NCBI GenBank assembly: GCA_963725095.1
Contig: CAVRXJ010000024.1
Location: 149,837-213,836, forward strand
Reading direction: 5' to 3'
Source: an uncultured Acidobacteriota bacterium
Lineage (GTDB): Bacteria; Acidobacteriota; Thermoanaerobaculia; UBA5066; Gp7-AA6
Length of the DNA: 64,000 bases
A program made the position numbers and the translations under genes. Within the stretch, counting starts at the first letter, position 1. Each line of letters starts with the position of its first letter. Below the pieces are notes generated by a model that was not told the origin of the DNA, did not search any database, and was given only the letters and a program-made list of their open reading frames with translations. Positions 31,170-41,938 of the stretch are shown piece by piece.

Positions 31170-33170
31170 CCTTGACCTTTTTCATCGCGCCGAACCAGAG
31201 GTAGCCGCACAGGGCGAGGAAGGCCGCCGAACTGACCAACTGCGACACGACGTCGTTGTCGTAGAACGGCAGCTTCACCAGATCCTCCCGGTACCAGGCG
31301 AAGAGGCGCAGCGCCGCGCCGAAGACGCCGCCCAGCGCGCCGCCGGCCATCAGGCCCGAGGCGATGATCACCGCCCTCTCGCGCATCGTCCGGCCCGCCT
31401 CGCCGCCGGCCCGCTCCGAGCGCTTGCCGACGAAGTGCGCGATCGACGCCGCCGACCAGGGCCGGCGTGTTCAGCTCGAGCGGCAGGTACATGCCGAGCG
31501 CGAAGATGAGCGCCGGCACGCGCAGCATCTCCATGACGACGGCGATCATCGCGCCCGCGCCGAAGAGCAGGTACGCCACCGGCTGCCGGCTCATGAAGCC
31601 CTCGACGAGCGCCTTCATGATCGAGGCCTGCGGCGAGGCGAGCACGACGCGCGTGTCGCCGGGCGCGGCCTCGCCGAACTGGAACGTCTGGGCGAGCGCG
31701 ACGATGACGAGGCCGACGACGACCGAGGACACGAGGACGCCGAAGAACTTCACGCGCTCCTGCGCCGCCGGCGTCGAGCCCAGCCAGTAGCCGGTCTTCA
31801 GGTCCGTGACGAACTGCCCCGACACCGAGAGCGCGGTGCAGACCATCCCGGCGATCGCCATGACGAAGAACATCCCGGTCCGGCCCGAGACGCCGAACTC
31901 GAGCAGGACGACCGAGGAGATGATGATCGTCAGCATCGTCATGCCGGAGACGGGGTTGCGGGCCGTCGTGGCGATGGCGTTGGCGGCCACCGACGTGAAG
32001 AAGAAGGAGAAGACGAGGGTCAGCGCGAGGCCCACGAGCGTCACGATCGTCGTCGCCGCCGAGGTTGCCGAGGAAGACCGCGACCGCGATCGACGAAACG
32101 ACGACGCCGATCAGGATCCGCACGATCGCCATGTCGCGGTCGGTGCGCTCGAGCCCCTCGCCCTCGCCGTGCCGGAAGGCCTTCGCGGCGATCGAGAACG
32201 ACCCGACGACGATCTTCGAGCGACTTGACGATGCCGAAGATGCCGGCCGTCGCGATCGCGCCGACGCCCATGAACCGCACGTAGCCGCGGAAGATCTCGG
32301 TCGCCGTCATCTTCGCGATCGGCACCGCGCCGGGATAGACGGCGGCGTCGGGCAGGTGCTGCCCGATGAACCAGATCAGCGGCACGAGGACGAGGTTCGA
32401 GAGCGCGCCGCCGGCGCAGAGGATCATGGAGGAGCGCAGCCCCATGACGTAGCCGAGCCCCAGGATGAAGGCGATGGCGTCGAAGCGCAGAGCACCATGC
32501 GCGCGCGTTCGGCGAGCGCCTGGACGACCGGCACGAACTGGAAGTCGAGCGTCTCCTTCCAGACCTGGAACGTCGTGACGAAGAAGTCGTAGACGGCGGC
32601 GACTCCGGTGGCCTGGAGCAGGAGCTTCGCCTGCGAGCCGCCCTTTTCGCCCGTGACGAGCACCTCGGTGATGGCCGTGGCCTCGGGATAGGGAAACTGG
32701 CCGTGCATGTCGCGGACGAAGTAGCGGCGCAGCGGGATCAGGAAGAGGACGCCCAGGCAGCCCCCCGACAGGCAGATGAAGATCGTCTGCCAGGGGTGCG
32801 GGTCGAGCTTCAGGATGTAGAGCGCCGGCAGCGTGAAGATCGCGCCCGCCACGACCGCGCCCGAGACGCCGCCGATCGCCGTGATGATGACGTTCTCGAG
32901 AAGGCTCGACTTCCTCCGGTAGACGCGCGCCAGGCCGATCGCGAGGATCGAGATCGGGATCGCCGCCTCCATCACCTGCCCGACCTTCAGGCCCGAGTAC
33001 GCCGAGGCGACCGTGAAGATCGCGCAGAGGAAGAGGCCCCAGCCGACCGAGCGGAGCGGTCGACTCGGGCGGCGCCTGCCCGGCGGAAACGACGGGCTGG
33101 TAGGCCTCTCCCGGCTCGAGCGGCCGGTAGGCGTTGTCCGGCAGCGACTTGGTGTCGGGCGCGTCCATCC
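31166..33170 (-). CDS. OPT-family oligopeptide transporter; several apparent frameshifts
   Basis: MDAPDTKSLPDNAYRPLEPGEAY N-terminus; OPT blocks ...VGQVMEAAIPISILAIGLARVYRRKSSLLENVIITAIGGVSGAVVAGAIFTLPALYIL..., ALRFDAIAFILGLGYVMGLRSSMILCAGGALSNLVLVPLIWFIG, C-terminal ...FVTDLKTGYWLGSTPAAQERVKFFGVLVSSVV...PALIFALGMYLPLELNTPALVGG. Confidence 0.7.
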
Positions 33171-33316
33171 TTCCTCCTCGAGCCGGCCCGACGCGACGGT
33201 CGTGCCAGGTCGCGATCGCGGCGGAGTGTATTCCAACGCCCTGCGATCGAACCCGTCGAGGGACGGAAGCCTCCGGATCTGCCACAATCTCGGCCGGGGG
33301 TGCTCCATTCGAAGGC

Positions 33317-33968
33317 ACGGCTTCCTGGCGGCTGTCGCCGTCGGGATCGTCGGGATTTCCGTGGCGTGCACGTCCTCTCCCTCTCCCGGCGGCACCGAGC
33401 CCGTCGAAGCGGCTGTCGAGGTCGCCCACGCTCTTCTGGCCACCGCTGGCCGCGAACCGGACTCCCGTGTTTCCCTACGCGACGCCGACCCCGGAGCCTC
33501 CCCCGCCGGACAACGCCTCGCTCGATCTGCTCCTCCGGGCCCTCTACGAGGGGATCTCTCACCGCGCCGGGTCCGAGCCGAACTGGAAGCGCCTCGAACC
33601 GCTTTTCGTTCCGGGCGCCGTCCTGATGCCGCCGCGGCACCCCGGCGATCCGCGGTTGGCGGACGCTCACCTTCGAGGAGTTCCAGAAGGCCGTGCGCGA
33701 CGGGATCGCGGCCCGGCGGGAGCAGGGCAAGGCCGAGGGGTTCATCGAGCGGGAGATCGGCCGGGAAACCAGGGGCTACGGAAGCGTCACCGCCGTCCTC
33801 TCCGCGTACGACGCCCGTTTCGCGCCGGAAGACGCGAAGCCCTTCCTCCGCGGCGTCAACAGCATTCAGGTCGTCCGGTCGGGAACCCGCTGGGCCATCC
33901 TCTCGATCGCCTGGGACACCGAAGGACCCGACGATCCGATCCCCGAGGGACTGCTGCGGCAGCCGTGA
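33317..33968 (+). CDS. Hypothetical lipoprotein; likely ATT in place of ATG at the start; 2 apparent frameshifts
   Basis: (M)RRHGFLAAVAVGIVGISVAC|TSS lipobox; later frames give LLRALYEGISHRAGSEPNWKRLEPLFVPGAVLMPP, then TLTFEEFQKAVRDGIAARREQGKAEGFIEREIGRETRGYGSVTAVLSAYDARFAPEDAKPFLRGVNSIQVVRSGTRWAILSIAWDTEGPDD (ORF 33693-33968). Confidence 0.4.
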
Positions 33969-34079
33969 CCCGCGCGCGGCCCGGACCCTTGAGCGCGGGA
34001 CCGATCCGGGCCTATGCTCTTCCCAGCAGCCTTTCACAGCAGCCTGACGGCAGCCTCTGCCTCGGAAAAGGAGGACGCA

Positions 34080-34510
34080 TGAAGTCCATCAACTGGGGGC
34101 GGGTCACTCTGGGCGGGATCCTGGCCGGCATCGTCATCAACGTCTCCGAGTACCTCTTGAACGAGGTCGTTCTCAAGGCCCAGATGGAGGAGGGGATGAA
34201 GGCCCTCGGCAAGAGCATGCCGACGGGCGCGACCGTGATCCCCGTCTGGATCCTCTGGAGCTTCGTGATGGGGATCACGGCGGTGTGGCTCTACGCGGCC
34301 ATCCGTCCCCGCTACGGCGCCGGGCCGATGACGGCGGTCAAGGCGGGTGTGGCCGTCTGGGTCCTCGCGCAGCTGCTGTCCTGCATCGCGTTTGCGAACC
34401 TCGGCATCTTTCCCTTGAACGGCGTCATGCTCGTCTGGACGCTCGTCGAGGCGGTCGTGGCCACCGTCGTCGGCGCCTGGCTCTACAAGGAGGACGGGAC
34501 GGCGTCGTAG
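34080..34510 (+). CDS. Hypothetical small membrane protein (3-4 TM), intact
   Basis: AAGGAGGAC RBS then MKSINWGRVTLGGILAGIVINVSEYLLNEVVLK...VIPVWILWSFVMGITAVWLYAAI...AGVAVWVLAQLLSCIAF...VMLVWTLVEAVVATVVGAWLY. Confidence 0.55.
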
Positions 34511-34528
34511 GGACGCCCCGACGATCGC

Positions 34529-36226
34529 TCAGTCCTTGCGGATCGCTCCGGGGCCGCGGAGCGCGCGCCCGGGGGTGGCGCCCGTGGGCTCCCCGCCGCG
34601 CAGGACCTGCGCCCCGTTGACGAACACGTCCCGGACGCCGACGGAATACTGCTGCGGCTTCTCGAAGGTCGCGCGATCGCCGATCGTCGCCGGATCGAAG
34701 ACGACGACGTCGGCGAACATGCCGGGCTTCAGGAACCCGCGGCGGTCGAGCCCGAGGTTGGTCGCCGGCAGGCCCGACAGCTTTCGCACCGCCTCGGCAA
34801 GCGAGATCACTTTCTCTTCCCGCACGTACTTGCCGAGGACCCGCGCGAAGTTCCCGTAGGCGCGGGGGTGCGCGGAGGACTTCAAGAAAACGCCTTCGGG
34901 CGCCTGCGAGTCCGCGTCCGACCCGAAGGAGACCCACGGCAACGCGAGCTCCTTCTTCACGTTCTCCTCCGACATCATGAAGAACACGGCTCCCGTCTGC
35001 GTCTTCGACTCGACCACCAGATCGATCGCCGTGTCGACCGGGTCCTTGCCGCGCTGCTTCGCGATCTGCCCGAGCGTCTTGCCCGTCAGGGGCTTCATCG
35101 CCTCGGGCCCGAAGCCGACGAGCAGCACCCGGTCGGGCGAGCCCGTCAGCAGGCACAGGTTCTCCCACGTCTTGCCGGGCTGGCGCATCTCGTCGGCGAT
35201 CTTTCCGCGGGTCGCCGGATCGTTCAGGCGTTTCAACATCGCGTCCGGCCCGCCGTCGTGCGCCCACGGCGGCACGCACGCGTCGAGGCTCGTCGCGCCC
35301 GCGGTGTAGGTGTACATGTCCGCGGTGATCTTCAGGCCCTGCCGGCGCGCCTCTTCGACGCGGGCGATGACCTGGTCCATCTTCGGCCAGTTCGCTTCCC
35401 CGCCCGCCTTCAGGTGGTAGATCTCCGCCGGCAAGCCCGCCTCGCGGCTGATCCGGATCAGCTCGTCGACGGCCTCGACGAGCGTGTCGGCTTCGCTGCG
35501 CATGTGCGAGATGTACTTGCCCTGATACTTCGCCGCGACCTTGCAGAGCTCGATCAGCTCTTCCGTCGAGGCGTAGTTGGCCGGCGCGTAGATGAGGGAG
35601 GAGCCGATCCCGAGCGCGCCCGTCTCCATCTCCTTGCGCACGAGCTCCCGCATCTCCCCGAGCTCGGCCGCCGTGGGAGGACGCTTGTCGAACCCGACGA
35701 CGTAGGCGCGGATCGTCGTGGCGCCCACGTAGGAGGCGACGTTCTGGGAGATCCCCTTCTTCTGGAGGCCCTCGAGATAGTCCCGCAGCGTCGTCCAGGG
35801 GATGTCGTACTTGTAGTCGGTCTGCTGCGACTTCATGAAGGCCTTCAGGCGGTCGTTCCACGGACCCATCGAGAAGCCTTCGCCGAAGATCTGCGTCGTG
35901 ACCCCCTGCCGCAGCTCGCTCTGCGAGCGGGGGTCGATCATGAGCGACTCGGTGGACCACGACAGCATGTTGATGAATCCGGGCGCAACGGCCATCCCCG
36001 TCGCGTCGATCGTGCGCGCCGCCGAAGCCTTCGAGAGGTCGCCCACCGCCTCGACCTTGTCCCCGCGGATGCCCACGTCGGCGCGGCGGGGCTCGCCTCC
36101 CGTTCCGTCGTAGACGGTGCCCCCGCGGATCACGACGTCGAAGGGCCCCGTTTCCGGGAGCGGGAACGCCGGGACCGAGAATCCGACGCCGAGGAGCGCG
36201 ACGGCCGCCGCCCGCCGGATCTTCAT
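34529..36226 (-). CDS. N-acyl-D-amino-acid deacylase (D-aminoacylase) family amidohydrolase, secreted, intact 565 aa
   Basis: Signal peptide MKIRRAAAVALLGVGFSVPAFP; FDVVIRGGTVYDGTGGEPRRADVGIRGDKVEAVGDL...IDATGMAVAPGFINMLSW; HMRSEADTL...; C-terminal FADVVVFDPATIGDRATFEKPQQYSVGVRDVFVNGAQV. The start ATG overlaps the upstream gene stop (TGATG). Confidence 0.85.
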   Translation of the reverse strand: MKIRRAAAVALLGVGFSVPAFPLPETGPFDVVIRGGTVYDGTGGEPRRADVGIRGDKVEAVGDLSKASAARTIDATGMAVAPGFINMLSWSTESLMIDPRSQSELRQGVTTQIFGEGFSMGPWNDRLKAFMKSQQTDYKYDIPWTTLRDYLEGLQKKGISQNVASYVGATTIRAYVVGFDKRPPTAAELGEMRELVRKEMETGALGIGSSLIYAPANYASTEELIELCKVAAKYQGKYISHMRSEADTLVEAVDELIRISREAGLPAEIYHLKAGGEANWPKMDQVIARVEEARRQGLKITADMYTYTAGATSLDACVPPWAHDGGPDAMLKRLNDPATRGKIADEMRQPGKTWENLCLLTGSPDRVLLVGFGPEAMKPLTGKTLGQIAKQRGKDPVDTAIDLVVESKTQTGAVFFMMSEENVKKELALPWVSFGSDADSQAPEGVFLKSSAHPRAYGNFARVLGKYVREEKVISLAEAVRKLSGLPATNLGLDRRGFLKPGMFADVVVFDPATIGDRATFEKPQQYSVGVRDVFVNGAQVLRGGEPTGATPGRALRGPGAIRKD

Positions 36227-38205
36227 CAGTACACCCCTCCCACGTGGAGGACTCTGCCGATCAGGATGAGGGCGATGAACCCGACGCAGGCGAGCGCGAT
36301 CAGCGTTTCGCCGAGCTTGCTCCAGACGCCGCGCGAGCGGCTCCCCCAGGCGCGCAGCGCGTTGAAGAGGGCCACTGCCCCGCCGACGATGGCGAGAAGG
36401 GCGAGCACCTGCATGAGGCGCAGCCACGGATCCATCCGGTCGCTCAAGAGCGTGATGTTCTGAAGCCCGACGACCAGAATTCCCCCGAACGCCCCGACCG
36501 CGGCCACGTCGACGAGGCAGGCCAGCCGGGTCCACAGCCGTAGCCGCCGCTCGTCGGGCGGAAGCTCGAGCGGCCTCTTGTAGTGCCGCCGGAGCATCGC
36601 TCCGATCGGCCAGAGGATCACCGCCAGAACGAGGATCACGAGCGATCCGATCGCGAGAGGCAGCAGGACAGTCTTGCTCAGCAACGCCGGCGGCTGCACG
36701 AAGGCGAAGAACGGATAGGACGTGACGAGCTCGCGCCGGCCCTGCTCGCCGGGCAGGAACACCAGCATTTCCTGGCCGTTCACCTCGCGGAACTTCCCCG
36801 AGCCGATCGGCTCGAACTTGAGCGGCTTCCCGTTGGGGCCCTTGAACACGTCGACCTCGATCGTGCCGTCCTTCCCCGCCGAAACGGCGGTCTCGCCCAG
36901 CAGGTTCAAGAGCCGAAGGAAGTTCGAATCGCTGCGCCGGCTGATCAGGTACGGCCCGGCGACGGCCTGCGCCTCCGCCGCCGCGTTCGCCGCGCGCGTC
37001 GCCGACGGGGGCGTGTACGGGAAGTAGCGGTCGAGAAACGCGTGCCAGAGGACCGTGCGGCCGCTGACCTCGCCCTTGCCGGCGCTGTTGTAGGAGACGA
37101 AGAACCCGACGCCGGCGTCCGGAACCAGATGGAAGTCGCTGTGGAACCACTGCGTGTCGCCGCCGTGCGAGATGATCCGATGGCCGTTGCGCGACTCTTC
37201 GTAGAAGCCGAGGCACATCGCGTTCATGTCGGGCGACTTGCCGCGCTGGCGCCCGTGCATCAGGCGCGCAGTCTCGGGCTTCAGGATCTGGGAGTCGCCG
37301 AGCCGGCCGTCCTGGAGGTGGGCGATCGCGAAGCGCGCCATGTCGTCACCCGAGGCCGAAAGCGAGCCCGCGGGCGCCGGATTGACGAACTCGAAGGGCT
37401 CCGGTTTCCCCGAGCCGAGCTTGTACCCCTTCGACATCAGGGGCTCGAGCGCCGCCGGCAGCGGCTGCTTGAAGGTCGAGTGCGCCATGCCGATGGGACC
37501 CGTGACGAACTGCTCGATGTAGTCGGCGAAGGGCTTTCCCGAAACCCGCTCCACGATGTAGCCCGCCAGCGCCGTCGCGTAGTTCGAATAGGCTCCCGTC
37601 GTCCCGGGAGCGAAGATCCGCTGCGGCAGGTGTTTGACCAGGTACGTGCCGAGGGGCTGCAGGTGCGCGGCGTCCGCCACGAAGAGGTCCTTCGCGGTCT
37701 CCTCGAACCCCGGCGTGTGGGTCATGACGTCGCGCAGCGTGATCGGCTTGCCGAAGGCGTCGGGAATCTTGAAGTCGATGTACTGATTGACGTCGGCGTC
37801 CAGATCGATCTTGCCCTGTTCGACCAGCTGCATCACGGCGGTCCAGGTGAAAAGCTTCGACACCGAGCCCGGCCGGAAGAGCGTGTCGGTCGAGACCGGC
37901 GTTCGCTTCTCGACGTCGGCGAAGCCGTAGCCCTTTCCGTAGAGGACGGCGCCGTCCTTGACGACCATCACGACCGCTCCGGCGATGTCCTCGCGATCGA
38001 GCTGCGCCGGCACGATGCCGGCCAGGAACGCCGCGACGTCCTGCGCGGTCAGCTCCGGGGAGGCGGGAGCCGACGACGCCACGGTCCCCGTGGAAGGAGG
38101 CGGCGTCGAACCGGCATGCACCGAACTGGAGGCCTCCGCGACGATACCGAGCTGGCACAGGAGAGCGAGCCCCACCGGCCAAAAACGACGCGGGCACTTT
38201 TTCAT
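36226..38205 (-). CDS. Beta-lactamase-fold serine hydrolase (D-stereospecific peptidase / DD-carboxypeptidase-like) with C-terminal multi-TM domain
   Basis: MKKCPRRFWPVGLALLCQLGIVA signal; catalytic LFRPGSVSKLFTWTAVMQLVEQGKIDLD (S-x-x-K), YSNYATALAGYIVERVSG (YxN), HGGDTQWFHSDFHLV; C-terminal LLPLAIGSLVILVLAVILWPIGAML...LACLVDVAAVGAFGGILVVGL...VLALLAIVGGAVALFNAL...ALACVGFIALILIGRVL. Confidence 0.8.
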   Translation of the reverse strand: MKKCPRRFWPVGLALLCQLGIVAEASSSVHAGSTPPPSTGTVASSAPASPELTAQDVAAFLAGIVPAQLDREDIAGAVVMVVKDGAVLYGKGYGFADVEKRTPVSTDTLFRPGSVSKLFTWTAVMQLVEQGKIDLDADVNQYIDFKIPDAFGKPITLRDVMTHTPGFEETAKDLFVADAAHLQPLGTYLVKHLPQRIFAPGTTGAYSNYATALAGYIVERVSGKPFADYIEQFVTGPIGMAHSTFKQPLPAALEPLMSKGYKLGSGKPEPFEFVNPAPAGSLSASGDDMARFAIAHLQDGRLGDSQILKPETARLMHGRQRGKSPDMNAMCLGFYEESRNGHRIISHGGDTQWFHSDFHLVPDAGVGFFVSYNSAGKGEVSGRTVLWHAFLDRYFPYTPPSATRAANAAAEAQAVAGPYLISRRSDSNFLRLLNLLGETAVSAGKDGTIEVDVFKGPNGKPLKFEPIGSGKFREVNGQEMLVFLPGEQGRRELVTSYPFFAFVQPPALLSKTVLLPLAIGSLVILVLAVILWPIGAMLRRHYKRPLELPPDERRLRLWTRLACLVDVAAVGAFGGILVVGLQNITLLSDRMDPWLRLMQVLALLAIVGGAVALFNALRAWGSRSRGVWSKLGETLIALACVGFIALILIGRVLHVGGVY

Positions 38206-38258
38206 TACCCCTCCCTCAGACGAGAAGATTCTGTCCGACCGGCCACGCCGTTGCCGCC

Positions 38259-40962
38259 CTAGAAATCGAACCTGAGCCCGACCTGAACCGAGCGCGGCCC
38301 GAGGCCGAAGGTGTCGGCCGTCCGGGTGGGCTGCCCGAATTCCGGCGAATTTATGGCGCCGACATAGCCGGCGGGATTGATGTGGTTGAAGATGTTGAAC
38401 ACCTCGACGAGAACCTGGATCTGGGTGCTGCCGATGGGGATCACCTTCGCGAGCTGAGCGTTGACCGTCCAGTTCGAAGCGCCGCGACCCGAGTTGTGCC
38501 CGCACCCCGGGCGGCCGCTCCGTCACATTGCCGTCTGCGTTGGGGTCCGTCCCCAGAGTGATGTTGTACGGCGCCCCCGAGAGGAAGGTGCCGCTGGCGC
38601 CGAGAAGGATTCCCCACGGCCCGGTCCAGTTGACGGCCGCGTTCAGCGTGTTGCGGATGTCGTTCAGGCTCGGACCCCAGTCCGCGCTCTTGTCGTAGTT
38701 GTCGCTCGGAAAGGCCTGGCTGCCGTCGGTATCGGTCTTGTTGCTCGACAGGTTGTACGCGAGCTGGGCCGAGAGGCAATCGGAGAACCGCCTCTGGAAC
38801 CCCACCTGGAGGGCAAAGTACTCGGACTTGCCTTCGGTCTGGGGCTCCAGCGCGGCGCCCACAGTCGGGTCCGGCCGCGGACACGCGTGATCCGGCTCAC
38901 AGCCGACGTGCGCCGCATTGGCGTCCCGGATATTGAGCAGGTGGTAGCCGCGGGCGTAGACGAGATCGAAGCTGGCGGCCATGTTCGTGGCGAGCTCGCG
39001 CTGGATGCCGAGGCTGCCGACGTTCTTGTAGGGCGTCGTGGCGTTGGGATCCACGATCGACACGTTCGGCGGCGGCCAGGATCGAGAGGGATCCCTCCCC
39101 CGGGGGGCGGAACGAGCGGATCGGGATATCCCGGAAAAAGGATGTATTGGGATGTGAACCGGCCGGGCTCGTAGAGCGAGGCGAGCAGCGGCACGTTCAG
39201 GAAGACCTGGTCGTAGTAGATGCCGAAGCCTCCGCGGACGGAGGTCTTGCCGTCCTTCGTCGGATCCCAGGCGAAGTGGATGCGGGGCCCGAAATTCTGC
39301 CAGTCGTGCTCGACGTAGGCCTGATCCTCGTAGTCCCACCGCAGACCGACGTTGAGCGTCAGGTACGGCGAGACTCTCCACTCGTCCTGCAGGAAGAGAG
39401 CGACGATGTTGTTCGAGATCTTGATGTTGGGATTTCCCCCGCCGCCCTGCCAGATGAACGGATAGGTCGAAGGATCGGCCGCATCGAAGGGAGCGTCGGT
39501 AAGGAAGATGAACGTGCCATCGAAGCCCTGCGGCACGAAGGCGTCGATGTTCACGTGGCTGTAGTCCACGCCCGCCTTGAAAAAGTGGTTTCCCGTGCTG
39601 AAGCTCAGCGAATCGAGGAACTGATACCGATCTTCCGTAAAGCTCTGAGGCTGGTTCGGGAGCTTGCCCGAGATGAGGGTGGGCCGGATGATGAAGGCGC
39701 AGCCGGGGCAGTTGACCTGGGTGAGGTCGTTCGCCTGGCTCGAATACTGGAAGCGCGCTTCGTTCAACGTGTCGCTGGAGATGACCCAGGAGTGGATCAG
39801 CGCGTAGTCGGTGTTGTCGGTCTTGAGCGTGGCCCCCGTCTCTCCGGTGAGCACGCGCCCGATCGCCGTGTCCCCCACGCTGGTGTTCGTCTCCTTCGGA
39901 TCGTCCAACCGGAAGCGAAACGTGAGCATCTGGCTGCTGGTCGGGTGGAAGTCGAGCTTGAAGACGGCGCGCGGCTCGGTGAGATCGTTCGGAAAAGTGG
40001 TCTGGGTTCCGAGTCCCAGGGCCTCGAGCGTCGCGGGGTCGACACCCACGACGGCCGTCGCGTTGCGCCACGTCTCCTCGAAGGAGGCGAAGAAGAAGGC
40101 CTTGTCCTTCGCGATCGGGCCCGACAGGAAGGCGCTCGCGATCCACTGATCGAAGGGGGTCTCGACGCCTCCCGCATAAGGGATCGCTCGCGGTCAGACC
40201 GTCGGCCCGGTAGTAGGCGGAGACCCGTCCGTGAAAGTCGTTTCCGCCCGAGCGGGTGATGACGTTGACGATCGCTCCGGAGGCCTGGCCGTACTGAGCC
40301 GAGTAGGAGCTCGAGAGAACCTCGTATTCCGCGATCGCATCCGGCGAATAGTCGCCACGGGTGTCCCCGAGCGCGTCCTGGTCGTTGCTCACACCGTCGA
40401 TGAGAAACGTGTTGCTGGCTCCGGAGCTGCCGGCGCCCGAGATGGAGGTTCCATCCGTCACGCTCGGGGTGATTCCGGGCGCGAGGACAGCGAGGCTCTC
40501 GAAGTCGCGCCCGGGCAGGGGAAGCTGGTCGAGCTGCTGCCTCGAGATCGACGCCCCGATGGAGCTCTTGGTCGTTTCGACGATCGGAGCTTCCCCCACG
40601 ACGGTCACCGTCTCCGCGACGGCCGAGAGCTTGAGGGAAAAGTCGAGGGTCGAACGCTGGCCGATGGAGATCTTCACGCCCGAGCGGACCTCCGTCGCAA
40701 ATCCCTGCATGCCGACCGTGAACTCGTAGTTTCCCGCGCTGAGCTCCGGCAGCCAATAGGTGCCAGCGGCGTCCGTGACCGTCGTCCGCGTCACGGCGGT
40801 GCTGAGGTTTCGGGCCGCGACCGAAGCTCCCGCCAGCGGCTGTCCCGCCTCCGCCAAGACCCGGCCGGTCACGCTTCCGCCGATGGTCTGAGCCCGGGCG
40901 GCCACTAGGGCCATCGTCCACAGCAGAGCGGCCGAGGTCAGAACGCTCGTCGATCGTCTCAT
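38259..40962 (-). CDS. TonB-dependent receptor (carboxypeptidase-regulatory-like N-terminus); at least 4 apparent frameshifts
   Basis: AGGAGG RBS, signal MRRSTSVLTSAALLWTMALVAARAQ, CarD-like GSVTGRVLAEAGQPLAGASVAARNL...GNYEFTVGMQGF; plug ...NTFLIDGVSN...; barrel segments in ORFs 39797-40921, 38664-40049 and 38441-38884; C-terminal ...GPRSVQVGLRFDF*. Confidence 0.75.
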
Positions 40963-41124
40963 CGAGTCCTCCTTCCCGCGGCGCCCCGCGGCACGCCGCG
41001 CCCCACCAAAAAATTGGCTGGAGAATGCATCATTCGTTGCCACCTGTCAATGAGGCTGCAACAGATGGGTCTTGGCCTCACGGGAGTCGCCGGGGAGGCC
41101 GGCGCCTGGCGGGCCTCGCAGCAG

Positions 41125-41938
41125 TTATTGCACGTCGGCGAGGGGGCCCCAGCGGGGCGCCCGGGGACTCAGGCTCGCCGAAACACATACAAGGCCCGAT
41201 CCTCCAGAAGGGACAGCGAGACGGCCTGATATCCCCGATCGAAGAGGCGCGGGCGCCAGTCGGGCAAGCCGCCTCTGCACCCGGGCAGACGCCTCCGGAT
41301 CGATCGGATTCGGACCCCCGGCCTCGAGGGGAACCGGAAAGGCGAGGGTCGCCGGCCTCCGCTTCTCCGCTGTCACGACGGGAATTGCGGCCGCGTCCGG
41401 AAACTCGGGCGCCTTCCCGCGAGCGGCCCGCTCGACCTCGGGGGAGTCGAGCCGCCAGTGCACCTCGAAGCGGTCTGTCGGCAGCGAGCCGTACAGGCCG
41501 CCGAGAACGCCGTAGTGGTTCGGCAGGAACCGCACCGCCCTCGCCCGCAGGCGGACGAGATTGAGGCGCGCGTTCCTGATGAGCAGCGGGTCGTAGGTCC
41601 ACGTGACGAGGCGGATTCCGCGCCGCAGACACCAGGCGCGCTGGAACAGCTTGAGCCGAACCGCCAGCCCCCGGCCCTGAAAGCCTCGCCGCACGGCGAG
41701 CATGTGCGAGTGATGGCAGGACTCCGCGAGATTCGTCCGGGGCAGGCCGTGAACGAAACCGACCAGCCGTCCTCCCTTCGAAGGCCCCCGCCGTCAGGCC
41801 GCCGATGTGCGCGGCCAACTGGAGATCGAAGGTCGACGGCAGCTGCCGCGGCGGGAATCGCCAGACCGCTCGCGCGAGCCGCTGCACCGCCGCGTAGTCG
41901 GCTTGCGCGTCGAGCTCGCGAAGAACGATCCGGCTCAA
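41125..41938 (-). CDS. GNAT-family N-acyltransferase (candidate amino-acid N-succinyl/acetyltransferase); one apparent frameshift near 41760, 3' end uncertain
   Basis: MSRIVLRELDAQADYAAVQRLARAVW...; acyl-CoA-binding motif in the next frame MLAVRRGFQGRGLAVRLKLFQRAWCLRRGIRLVTWTYDPL; the start overlaps the M20 gene stop. Confidence 0.6.

Noticed and set aside
36226-41043. 1605-aa giant ORF on the minus strand
   Set aside because: Open frame produced by high GC and frame coincidences. It actually comprises a TonB-dependent receptor (38259-40962, frameshifted) and a separate beta-lactamase-fold hydrolase (36226-38205), each with its own RBS and start.
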